Positions 1-11,896 of a DNA stretch of 64,000 nt are shown here, one piece after another. How positions within the stretch are numbered: position 1 is the first letter of the stretch; every line of letters begins with the position of its first letter. The DNA is from Balanoglossus misakiensis (lineage: Eukaryota; Animalia; Hemichordata). The notes below the pieces were generated by a model, which was not told the DNA's origin, did no database searches, and saw only the letters and a list, made by a program, of their open reading frames with translations. Where the stretch lies: positions 2,391,830 to 2,455,829 of the forward strand of contig CM082593.2 in assembly GCA_040954595.2 (NCBI GenBank), in the 5' to 3' direction. A program made the position numbers and the translations under genes.

Positions 1-415
1 TTTATCGTGTTCCTGATTCGATCAAAGCCGATAAACAAACAGAAGCGTCACAGAATCAATGTATTTTTGTCTCTTATAATATGTATGTTGGGTCTCCCAA
101 CGTAGGCAATAGACTGACTGTGCTTGCCGGTTCCATACAGATGGCGCTGGTAACAGCTTGGGTAACCAATATCAACGCAATAAATAAAGTGACGAACCGT
201 CATTTGAGGGTGCATGAAAATAAAAAAACGCACGTTTATTGCCATCTTAGCAAATATCCCCACCGTAAATGACATTTCATGGTTTGTTTTATTACATAAC
301 CGTCACATAAATGTTCATGATTATACATTAACAAGGTATAAAGTTATTAATGTGGCATAGTTTACCCGCACGTCTGCACACTTGGCCACATGTATGGTTG
401 AACATCGTGCTTTTC

Positions 416-425
416 TCTCGCGAGA
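416..425. promoter_or_regulatory. TCTCGCGAGA palindrome (BANP/ZBTB33-type promoter motif)
   Basis: Perfect 10-bp palindrome; identical copies at 21476 and 23893. Confidence 0.35.
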
Positions 426-2362
426 ACGCCCGACGCTTTGTTGAAATGTCGGCAACTGACAGAAACCAAATCCAGATCGCGCGGGATGGGGGTTAACGTT
501 GCGTGTGATGATGACTGACCAGAAAATATTTATCTAGTATCTACACGCAAAAACAAACACACCGGTTTCTTTAATCCCGGACCACGTGACAATGAGAACG
601 TGTCATTATGTGCGAATCAATTGCATTAGAAAAATATGAGCCGAAATCACAACACCAGAACTGCCCAAGTGGTGCTAATAACAAGCCGTGTGTTATTTCA
701 CTCGGGGTTTTGCTGTTTGTTTGAAAAATAGAAATCGGTGCACATTTGTGTAACGTAAATATGTCAGAAAAAATGTCCGTCTTACCTCGTTCATACTGGT
801 GGGAATCCACTATTCCAGTTAGACAAACCGACACAACGTCACGGAAATGGCGGGGAGCATACTATCAGAAATTTGGATGGACGATTGATGATGAGTTAGC
901 AGGGGAAAAGTAACCCAGTGAACAGCTGTGTGCATACAAATGAATAGGGGAGGGATTATCGTAGACGACACGTCTCATCGCTTTTCAATCTCAGTATTAT
1001 AAATTCCAGCGTGTGCCACATAGCATGAATGGGCACCCAATCTGTCTGTGGACTTTGAAATTTAAAAATACATGTAATGGAAAAAAATCTCCAACAATTT
1101 GCAAAGGATCATCACCTGCATTTTTGTGCCAATTATGGTAAATGAGCGACATTCAACATCTTTTTGGTTTGTGTCCTAGCAACGGGTACTCATGTGTTAG
1201 TTTTAGGGTTGATCGCTAAGTCGAGAATTTTTCATTTTTGGATATTGTTCATATGCGCTGCGTAGGATATTTATATTATAGTACATAAAAGACTTGCTTC
1301 GAATTGGCCTGTTGGCGTTTGCGGCACCTTTGACTTTTTACAAATCTAAGTACTGTATCATGTATAGAGTGCCAACTACGTCGCTTCGCTGAAAACTTTC
1401 GGATTTCTGCACGGTGGATTTTAAGAGCATTTCAGAACGTCAGAAATAGCTGACAGTCAACTACGCTATCTGCTGCCTTTCTATTTCTATCTGTTGGCAC
1501 AGAGAGATAACATCTCGGAAACCATTAGCAAACATAAGCTTCTCGGATCGACAGTAGAATGAACGGGACTGTTCACTGTTATTGCTGTACCGATAAGCTG
1601 GCACGTCCAATTTTAGCTGTAACATTCATCAAAATACTATCGCTGTTCTTATCTGAGAGAAAAAAATAGAGATAGTTGCTTTGGCGCCAACAGCAGCATG
1701 GGAAGAACAAACTAATGCTACTGACCGCCAAGGTCGCGGCATTAATTTTCATTTACAGACTCCTCGGGCAGACTAAACCCCCGGCGTGTTCTTATATGCT
1801 CCTCAATACGGTCACTGCATTTCTCATGGTACACAACTCTAATTCTAGCATGCACACATGGAGACATTAGAGTATAAAAGTAATTCTTAATACCTGCGCT
1901 TAGGCCAGATGAAATCATATGGTACTTTTAAAACCCACATGACTGAGAAATCCATAGCTAAAGGGCATATCAGTGAATTGTAGTTTGAACACCATGGCAC
2001 AGAGACAAAGCATGATCAGATTTTTTCGCTTCGTCTGTTCCATAATACTCGTCTTCAACCCACGAATAATTAGTTTCATACCGTTGGCAAATCTGCGACG
2101 AGGGTGCATATGGAAAATAATCGGATAAACCTACATTTGTGTTTGCTTCAATAAGGCCTGTTACCGCAATATTGTTTATATTGACTTTGAACAAACGTTT
2201 GTAAACGCATATTTACAAAGCGACCAGACAATCACTTCCCTACCGAAAATATTATGATAATAATTCGAATGCACATATCATAAATAAGCGGATATAGTGA
2301 AGTTCTTTTGGAACTTTGGGCTTGTTGCACGTTACTGAATCCGGACCCCCCTAAAAGGTGAG

Positions 2363-2523
2363 TGTAGTGACCTACAGTGTACATTGTATTTGCATATAGC
2401 AGTGTTATTGCACCTGTTGGGTCATTTGAATAAAGCTAGTCAGTCAGTATTCAACCATCCTGGTGTCACCATCTCTGTGCATGTGCTCTCTCACTAGGCC
2501 TACTCGCTATCCTGAACACTACG
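2363..2523 (+). mobile_element. Short solo-LTR-like element with 5-bp target site duplication
   Basis: Starts TGTAGTG and ends CACTAC(G), i.e. terminal inverted repeat with the final A changed. Flanked by GTGAG at 2358-2362 and 2524-2528. Internal AATAAA. Confidence 0.65.
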
Positions 2524-3147
2524 GTGAGGTACGTTGTTTTCTCTCTTTTATGTCCAAAATGTCTTAGTCATTTTAGATAGATACCTTTGAATCATTGTTC
2601 TAGAACTTCGACATAAAACGACGTAAGTGAATCAATTCCTTGTACATGTAAAACCAACTCGTTTTCCCAGTGTCGATTCATGCGGACATTGTGTAGGGCC
2701 TAGTTGCATGCTGCACAGTATCACAGCAAGTACACATGACATCACGCCTGATTTTCGTTTAGATTACTCGCCATTGAAAAGAACGAAAACAACTCTTTAG
2801 AAATGCTCAAATTCCACTTCAACGGTTACAACCGTTGGCAAATCTGCCCATTCTGTCACCGCCCACTAATATCACAACAAAACAAATCAATGGGGAACGC
2901 CATATTGGAAAATGTTTGCACGTGCGTACTCAAAATCCGATAATTTACGAATTATGTCGAAGGTTTCCGAACCAACGCCATTGTTCCCACTGTTCAGAGA
3001 GACCCCTCGTTCTGGCAAAAGGTTTATCGCAATTACATGACTGTGTGTCTATGTCGGATGTCGAAACCCTGGATTCCAAATTTGAAAAGAGTACACGATT
3101 AAATTTACAAAATACTGTGGTGAATAAAAATGTTCACGAAACATCAG

Positions 3148-3718
3148 AGTGTATCAAAAGTGAGACAGGGACTTTCTCGTTTGCACGTGGACAAGTCATG
3201 TGCAATTATTGTACTGAACCTTTCCCCAATATCTTCCTCTGTGTTGAATCATCGGGTTCCGAACTCTATACCTTTTCTAATTCATGTTGCAATTACCGAG
3301 GCGAACTCTACAAAAAACAGTATCCACTCCCGCGGACGTATTTTCAATCACATTACTGCGCCGCTCCAGGCTTCCCTTGATAGAGCAAAATTGGTTGTAC
3401 CATCTACGGGTGGATTCACGCCGTAATTTATGCCCGCGGAGAATTGCATGTTGTTCTTCTTCCCAAGCGGCGTGACAGAGCGCATTTTCTTGTAGTATCT
3501 CACATGATACACTGGAGAGACAGAAAACACGCCAATTATTTTCGCTCATATTTCCACCACTTGGTGCGTAAATCCAGTTCGGTATAATATTCTTTTGAGT
3601 GTATCAAAACGAGATCGGGTCTTTTGGCTTTATCTGGTTTGCATGCATGTGAACAAGTCATATGCAATTATTGTACGTTGTCTTTAATCTTGGATTACCG
3701 TGACTCTATCAAAGGTGT
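3148..3718. repeat. Degenerate direct duplication, period about 450-460 bp
   Basis: gagtgtatcaaaagtgagacaggg vs gagtgtatcaaaacgagatcggg; gtggacaagtcatgtgcaattattgtac vs gtgaacaagtcatatgcaattattgtac. Confidence 0.55.
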
Positions 3719-3876
3719 CTTTTATTTTGGTCTCTGTGGCACCCGGATGTTGCTAATACTTCTGGGTGAGATGTAGACCTCTTTAATACTGGCATGTACA
3801 GTGCACCGTTGGCGTTTTGAAATCTCAGGGTCACCTTGTCCTGTTTGTGCTATATGCAGACTATGACCCACCCAGA

Positions 3877-4227
3877 TTATCTGCAGTACTTGGCGCAGTA
3901 CTGAGTGCAGGCAACAAGAGACGTCGAACAGTCCGGTAGACGACAATATCCGCACAAGGCACGTCTGCGCTCGGACGTCTTGTTCAAGTTTTGCCTGAGC
4001 ACCTCACGCGCCAGGGAGGTGAAATTGGAGAACGGTCCCGCACTTTTATAATTGCTCGCGTTCCTGGCCATGTCGCTCGATATACGCCGGGTGTCCGCAC
4101 TCGCACCTGGTTGAGATGCAGGCAGCAGAAAACGCGAAACGACGGAGTTTGGAAACGAGAACACAAACACCGCGGCCAGCGATGCCAGGCAGAGAATTAT
4201 AACGACATGGTGTCGTCTTTTCGGCAT
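3877..4227 (-). CDS. Secreted cysteine-rich peptide precursor 1 (116 aa: signal peptide, basic pro-region, RRR site, C-terminal 6-Cys peptide)
   Basis: Hydrophobic N-terminus VVIILCLASLAAVFVFS-FP; SERRR|ALCGYCRLPDCSTSLVACTQYCAKYCR*; splice acceptor 10 nt upstream of the ATG; paralog at 27378. Confidence 0.85.
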   Translation of the reverse strand: MPKRRHHVVIILCLASLAAVFVFSFPNSVVSRFLLPASQPGASADTRRISSDMARNASNYKSAGPFSNFTSLAREVLRQNLNKTSERRRALCGYCRLPDCSTSLVACTQYCAKYCR

Positions 4228-6403
4228 GATTAATTACCTGTAAGATATAATATTGTCGAAACGTCAGTGCGGGAAAATGTAAATTATGTATCAGTCTTGA
4301 TTTGATGCCCTGTAAAATAAATTTACTTTGATGATAAAGTTTTCCGACATAGAATATATTGCTGCTCTCTCGTTCCCCTCTCTGTCCTTTCCTCAAGCAA
4401 CACGTAAGGCGATCAATTGTGTCCAGAAGTCCCAGACACCTACGTCCATCATGTAGTAAATTAAACGCCATTGGAAAATGCACCCTCTACGCTACCAGGA
4501 AAATCAATTAAAATCTTGTTTGGACCGTGTCGAACCTCGCCTTAAAATGTGCTTTCAAGTCCCCGGGGTTCGGAGTAGCTCAGTGACAGTTGTTAATGCG
4601 ACTTGAAAGGCGTGAAAATCGTTTGGAGTATTGGGAAAGATAATCGAAGTGCTTGATTAATGGTGATGTGTTCACCGTGTTCAGAATGAAAGTACACGAA
4701 GACGAAGTGTTGTCACGGCCTCGATTCGAGAAAATTGTGAGGCGGAATATACTAAAAGCTATAAATGGCGATAGTAAATTTCGTGAACAGTCGCTGTCGT
4801 GTTGTTCAGCAGCTGCAATTCAGAAATTAATTGGTTGGGATTCTTCGAACGACAGCCGCGGGAGGGCCACGCTATCTGTGATCCCGCACTGGGCGTTGAT
4901 CTCGCACCCTGCCTTGGCGCCTGGCGAGACTAAAGATACGCCGAAGAATGAGATAAATCAACATTTTGAAATTCAGAAAAACATATAGTCTTATTCATGA
5001 CTGAGGCCTTCGTGATCATACATTTAAAAATATACCATAGTCGCGTAAATTACATTAAAGAATGTGAATGATTTCAAATAAATAATTGAAAAGTGTAATT
5101 ACGTCGTAGACTTTAGCTTATCGCTGAGGCAACAAGGATGCAAACATTCGCGGTATAGTTTTCAGCGCGCGTTAATATCTCATTTAAAACCAATGTTTTG
5201 ATTACAGCGGTCGGTCGAAATAACTCAATTTCTATGAAATAATAGAAGAAGTTAATGCGCTCAACGCAAACATTGATCGGAGATTATTTATTACATTTTC
5301 TCCACCTTCAAGCAGTCTGACTTTATTTTACGTGATGGAAACGCGTTCTGTGTAAATTGAAAAACAACATAGCCACCATCTTGACGGATCTTGATTTCTA
5401 TTGCCTCATGAACGTCAACAAACATTATTTTGCGGAGTCGGTGACATGTGCGCCCAATCAAGTCAAATTTGATTAAGGTTTGTCCTGAAGGTATTTGCTG
5501 TATACCCGTTTAGATTGGAGGAAGTTATATAGGTTCGCAACTCGGGTTTTCTTCTTATAAACAATTTCCAGGACGATGCCTGACAAATATTTGTGCTACC
5601 AAAGTATCTCAATTGATGATCAGAGGCAGGCTAATACCTGGTCTGTCGCGGATAGTGTTACATATAATGTATACGATACTCGATGATGGTTAAGTGGTCA
5701 AGCCAGCTGCTATAAGCTGTTTTCAATTTCATTGACTTGAATAAGGTTTAAGATAATTCTCCGAGGTCATTTTGATTATTGTGATCACTCAAAATAACCC
5801 TTTTCTCTGAAATAATAAAACGAAGGTAATCCGGTCGACGGAAATAAGATTCTAAGTAATGCTTGGATCCAATAAGTATGCAAATGACAGTTATCTGACC
5901 TTTGCCCCGTGAGGTTCAGTTTGTTGTGAGGTAGGGAATCACTCTACAACGTCCAGGTATATACCACTTACTACAGCAATGACTCCGTCTAGACCCAGAA
6001 CGAGGTTACCAAGTTAGCCTTAGTTCTTGTTCGGTGGGTTTGATGAAAACATTGCGTTTTTGCCGAAAGGCGTCCTCCAATTTAGATGATAATGACGCGC
6101 ACGAAGTTGATTTTTTTTCTTTCTGTGCACATACGGGGTTTATTACATTTTGTGGTTTTCTCTTGCTGTGAGCGGGTAAACTGTATTTATTAACCGTGAA
6201 TTAGTGAATATGAGTGGATGAATATTGCCTAGCAGGCGTTTTATTAAACTGGGGGAAAACTCAGGATGTTATGAAAAAGCCACAGGGCAAATCACTGATT
6301 GAACAATTTCACCAGACCTTCCTTGAGCATGGATTAACGTACGAAGCAAAGTATTGATTGTGGGAGTGAATTTATAGTTAAACTTGTTTTACTTTGTTTG
6401 CAG

Positions 6404-6454
6404 ATGGAAAGTTATCTGGTGAAAGCCCGAACCGAAGAAGATGAAAGCACAGAG
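6404..6454 (+). other. Candidate orphan 51-nt exon (MESYLVKARTEEDESTE in the only open frame)
   Basis: Pyrimidine-rich acceptor ttttactttgtttgcag and consensus donor GAG|gtgagt; purine-rich, length a multiple of 3. Confidence 0.4.
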
Positions 6455-9178
6455 GTGAGTAGTAATAATTATAAGCAATTATTTAAATTAAGAAACTGCT
6501 CATCACGTGAAACAGTGGTAAAGAAACATTTTGGTCCCAATGAACGCCCTGGTAGCGAATAGCAACATAATTGTATTTTTCAAGTCATCTGGGGGTCTCT
6601 CTGAGTTATACGTACCCACCACTGCATGGTTATGATCCCCTAGGTCAGTCATGGGATCATGATTTGTCACCCGCAGGTCACCCAAAACCAATTAAACACA
6701 TTTTTATTCCTCATCTCCGCAATCAGCCATGTTGGCCAGCGTTCATCACGTGGCAGACAGCCACTTTCATGTAATAAACTCGTCGCCAAAAGATCCGCAC
6801 CACGCCACAAGTCTAACCGTCTAATCAAACGTCTGTCGAAGGCACTGCCATTTACATGTTTACTCAATTTACGGTTCATTCACAATGCAAGTAATCGTCT
6901 TGACTGGACAATATAAATCGGTGATATATTGTATCTTTTGACAAATTTAATAATAATTGAATTCCCGAGACGTCGATGATGTTTTCAAAGCACAAAAACT
7001 ATGGCCTTGGAATATTTAGTTACAGTGCCCTGATTTACCCTGAAGTGTCGCTACCTATCTCTCTGACTATCGCAAAAAGCAATCACGGGGTCAAAATTAT
7101 CCACTTACGGCAAAGAATGATTACCCATCATGCGTATTCACACGCTGAAAAACTAGCGCTCGATACGTGTCAGTAAGCGTGTGGTTGTGTATCTTGCCTG
7201 GCGTAATGAAGTCAATTCAGGAGTACAAAGTCCTCGAAACCGTTTTCAAATTGACAGATGGCACTTTGAAGAGCCTTGTCCACAGTTTGATTTGTCTTCG
7301 ATAATAAAGCTATACGTTCAGTATATGCGTTTGCGCGCTAGCAGTTTCCAATTCTTGTTAAATCTCCTTCGGATATTGGCACGATTACACTTTTATGGCG
7401 TTGGCAACACGATATACATGCCGCTGTATCTCTACGACAGCAACAATCATGACGTTGAACATTAACTTGTATGTAATGCCTTGTTCTCAAAGAAACATAA
7501 ATCGTACATCCTTTCGTGCTCTCTGCTACATCCCCAATTCTCATAAACACAGTTTCGTTGATTGAAGTAGGCCTAGAGCTTCCTACACGACAAAAGCCAT
7601 CGAGAAAACCCCAAAGGTTTGTGGGTACACTCACTAGGGGGAAATCTGACAGAAGACGATAACTTTTTTATTTGTGGCCAATAACCACGAAAATTAATCT
7701 ATAAAATATTTAAATTAACACATCCATCATCTTTTATTTAGGTGCTAGGGGATCAGATTTGGCATATTTTGTGATTGTTGAATTCTCTTAAATAATATCT
7801 CTCATAAACACTGATCCGTAAAGTTTACGATCTATTTTATGTCTACATTCAGACCCATATTTTGCAAAATGAATTCACTGATTATTATGAAAAACTTTTA
7901 TTGCTCTAAACTATGAAAATTGTACGTACAATAACCGAACCGATGCGTGTGTGTTGGTTTGCGTGCCCGCATGCGTGCGTACATATGCCTGTATATCCGT
8001 CTATTTAGTTCTAACCTGGTGGCATTTGTTTCGGTCTTAAAACTGCAAAAACCTTCAATGTACCATCGGCTTCTCCTTTTACCATGACGCTTCGGCGGGT
8101 GTTGTAACACAGAAGAGCAATATCTCAGCGGAGACTTTAATAACGTGTGACCTTTTAGGTATTCAGTCAGACGCATCAAAACGCAATAATATCGGCGCCT
8201 TTGTCTGTGTTGCGCCTATGATTTAATTAATAAAGAGTTATTATTGTGGTTCTGCGATAACAGTCACATTATCATGGATGGCAAAATGTCACCTAAATTT
8301 AGTTATTGCAAATACCTATCGGACAAGACCGCTAGCGCCGTGATACAGTCTTACACTGTAATACAGTACATTGCGATGCGGCAGTACAGTTTCAGTTTAA
8401 ATATATACGTTTAGTCACACGCAACGGGATTTCTCGAATGGCCGTAGTTAATTCTGTTCACGTCTGATCTGGTTTTGGTCCGCGAGGTGTTCAACTGTCC
8501 CTCAGAGTGTTTTGTCTCAATAGGTGTAGGCGCATATAGCTTGTGTGATATTGGAAGAAACAGTGCACAAGTAGATAAATGAAAAGCTTTGCTCCATCTG
8601 ACTAAAATGTCAACAGATGTATCTAGGTACTGTAGGAAAGAAAACTTCTGACTACAGCAATATGATTGACACATAGCAAATACAAATGGCAAAGGTAGCG
8701 TATGTGAAGACATATTGAGAAACACACACATCTCAGCTATATGAGAGTCAATAGTTTGACACCTATGATATTGCGACAGTTAACATTCTGACATTTTGCA
8801 ATTTCTATGGTGTCCATTCACGCAAATGACAAAGGCGATGGTTTCTGTAGAAAGCGTTACCCGAGAAGTGAGTTTAGTACAATGGAAACTCTGGCTAACT
8901 GATAAGACAACATTTTGTGTCAGTATTCTAATATCGTGTGATCTTGGCCAGCTTGATGGTGTATGGCACGGCACAGCATCGCGCCAATAAACCCATGCTG
9001 AATTATGCTGTGTAGTGCAGTTAATGAGGTCCTGTTGTCGTTGTGACATATTTTCACGATATATGAAAATTTTATAGAAAACATTCTTGTTAGGCAACGA
9101 ACACGCAACTATATTTTGCTGTCAATTCAAAAATTCAGGAAAACAATAGGAATAAATACGAACAATAATTGTAATGAG

Positions 9179-9455
9179 TACATACATACATACATACATA
9201 CATACATACATACATACATACATACATACATACATACATACATACATACATACATACATACATACATACATACATACATACATACATACATACATACATA
9301 CATACATACACACACACATACATACATACATACATACACACATACATACATACATACATACATACATACATACATACATACATACATACATACATACATA
9401 CATACATACATACATACATACATACATACATACATACATACATACATACATACAT

Positions 9456-9488
<33 letters not shown>

Positions 9489-9670
9489 TACACACATACA
9501 TACATACATACATACATACATACATACATACATACATACATACATACATACATACATGCATACATACATACATACATACATACATACATACATACATACA
9601 TACATACATACATACATACATAGACATTCATACGTACACCCCCCCACACACACACACACTCACATACATA
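9179..9670. repeat. (TACA)n tetranucleotide microsatellite with (CA)n interruptions
   Basis: Directly visible; explains the HTYI/MYVC ORFs. Confidence 0.99.
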
Positions 9671-11819
9671 CCTGAAATAAACCGATTCATCGACGCAAGC
9701 CTCACTGTCTCTCTACATTCGCGATGTCAGACTTCGAACACAGCCTCTGCAAATCGTGGGAGACGTTAAGCAGAAAGTTCTCGGTTACATACTGACAACG
9801 TAGGCACTGTCGATTTTTTCTTTCACGTGGGGGCGTGATTCTCCGAGGCCATTATCCATCACGCCGATGTTGGCTGTAGCAGTCGATCTCTTTTCCAGTT
9901 TCTCAAAGAACAGGACCCCCTAGGCGTGTGTCGTTAGGTTTCTTCGTTTTACAGACACCGACTTTGTATACGCTGCGATTGTGGCACATTTGCCTGTAAA
10001 CATGGCCAGGCACGTACGTATCAGAAATCGTACCAGCCACTAAACTTCTCTAGATATTTCGATACAATCCTTTATTAATCCCAATGCGAAATTACAGCGT
10101 CTGCTGCAAGCCTAACATAAGAGTACACAGATGCATTAAAAAAGATAAAGTCTTGGTCCCCTGCCTGATCCAAATTGTAGTCTAAAATAGCCCTTGGAAT
10201 CACGGATTTCCAGGAAAGATTTCCCGCTAACCACGTGCACAAGCATATGAAAATATGACCAACGTCTATACACTGTCCATGCAGTCTCTACCCATTTCTT
10301 AGCAAACAGATTCAGAAACAGGGCCACCCGAACAAACCCACAAGGACACTATCGCCGCTGGCAATCAACGAAAACCGACAGGAGAGTTTAAAGCAGAAGC
10401 CTGACGATTTCTCTAACTCAGGCGCGGCCATTTAAATCATGCTAGTTATGCACGTTTTCAAAACTAGATTGCCGGGACTTTCTCAGAAAACGGTGAATAA
10501 GTCTGAAATAAGTGAAGCGACCGCGTTCATGCATTAGTATGGCGTCTATTGATATTAAAATCCTATAATGATTCATCTCCCTTATTCGGGTTAACGTCAA
10601 TAGACTGGATATAATCTTGTTTCTGCCGTCGTCTCAATTACTGCGTTCAAGGTATTACATTGATTTGCTTGTGATATGAAAAAGGGGGCGATCTCATTTC
10701 AGCTGAATGGATGCAAGGAAAAACTAGAGATACCTACTTGCTTGAATGCTGTGCCGAGTGTCTTAATTTGCGGAGATCTGTTAGGGCTTGTCCAAATGAA
10801 AAACACAATGACACCAAAACCACATCGTCGGGAGTGTAAATCAAGTGATATGTAACAAGGAAATAGAGATGTACTCGTTTCTTGACAGCTGTGACTTATG
10901 CAAGCTGATTCTTTCGTAAGAAAAAACACACGTCAGCCTTGGAAAGGTTCTATTTCTCCTATGTAATTCGAACACTTAAGAGGTTGCATGTCAGATATAA
11001 GTAGTTCGTGGTATCGTATCGAGGCACGAAGCGCTTGTTCATTAATACCCCGCGCAGAGTCTTAATTTGCGTCAGAATATATTTCACCGCGTTCCTCAAA
11101 ACAATAATGCAAATAAGTCCTGGGTCAAAGGCCAATCCATCGGGCAACTATTTCAGTATTGTGTGCAAACGGTCACTTCAGAGCGACCTTGATTAGTGGG
11201 AAACCTATCTGTGTATCATCATTACAAAAATCTCGTCAAGAAGATTATATTTGCGAATTTTCTATGGTAATATCCACGTGTATAGGTTTTATTTGCTGGT
11301 CACCCAACCTATCCACATTTCAAGGATTTGTGGTGAATCTTCATTCGTCAGCCGCTCGCCAATTTCCATGTTAATATTGACTCGACCCGTAACCCAGTCT
11401 ATAAACAAATGAGAATATTCCCTAATTGAACGTGTTTTCAGTTACAGTATCCCGTTGTTTCAGAAATTACCACCTGACGGATCATTTTCCGCATTGCAGT
11501 ATCTTCCGCGACTGCTATCATCCAAACCCCGAATATCTCCTTCCTCATCAATTTCTATAAGCTTTGAACTTTTCCGACATGTTGTCGCAATCATTCTCTT
11601 TATCGCCGGAAATTTTGACACAACGTTCTAATCGGATTTTCGAATTAAATAGGCCTTTTCACTCACTTTAAGTGCCGGATTAGTCTATATTCAATGCAGT
11701 GTACAGAACCTTAGTATGAGTTTTTTCGTGATGTTTTAAATTGGTTTTATTTTTAAACCCTCAATTTTCGTATCTTTCCTGATAATTAGTGTAAGAATTC
11801 GACAACTGCTCTCTCTCTA

Positions 11820-11822
11820 ATG

Positions 11823-11895
<73 letters not shown>
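11820..11895. repeat. (TGA)n microsatellite
   Basis: Directly visible. Confidence 0.98.

Positions 11896-11896
<1 letters not shown>

Noticed and set aside
2835-3380. 181-aa Cys-containing ORF
   Set aside because: Non-ATG start, no recognisable domain, overlaps a degenerate repeat
9116-9769. Long ORFs of HTYI/MYVC repeats
   Set aside because: Translations of the (TACA)n microsatellite
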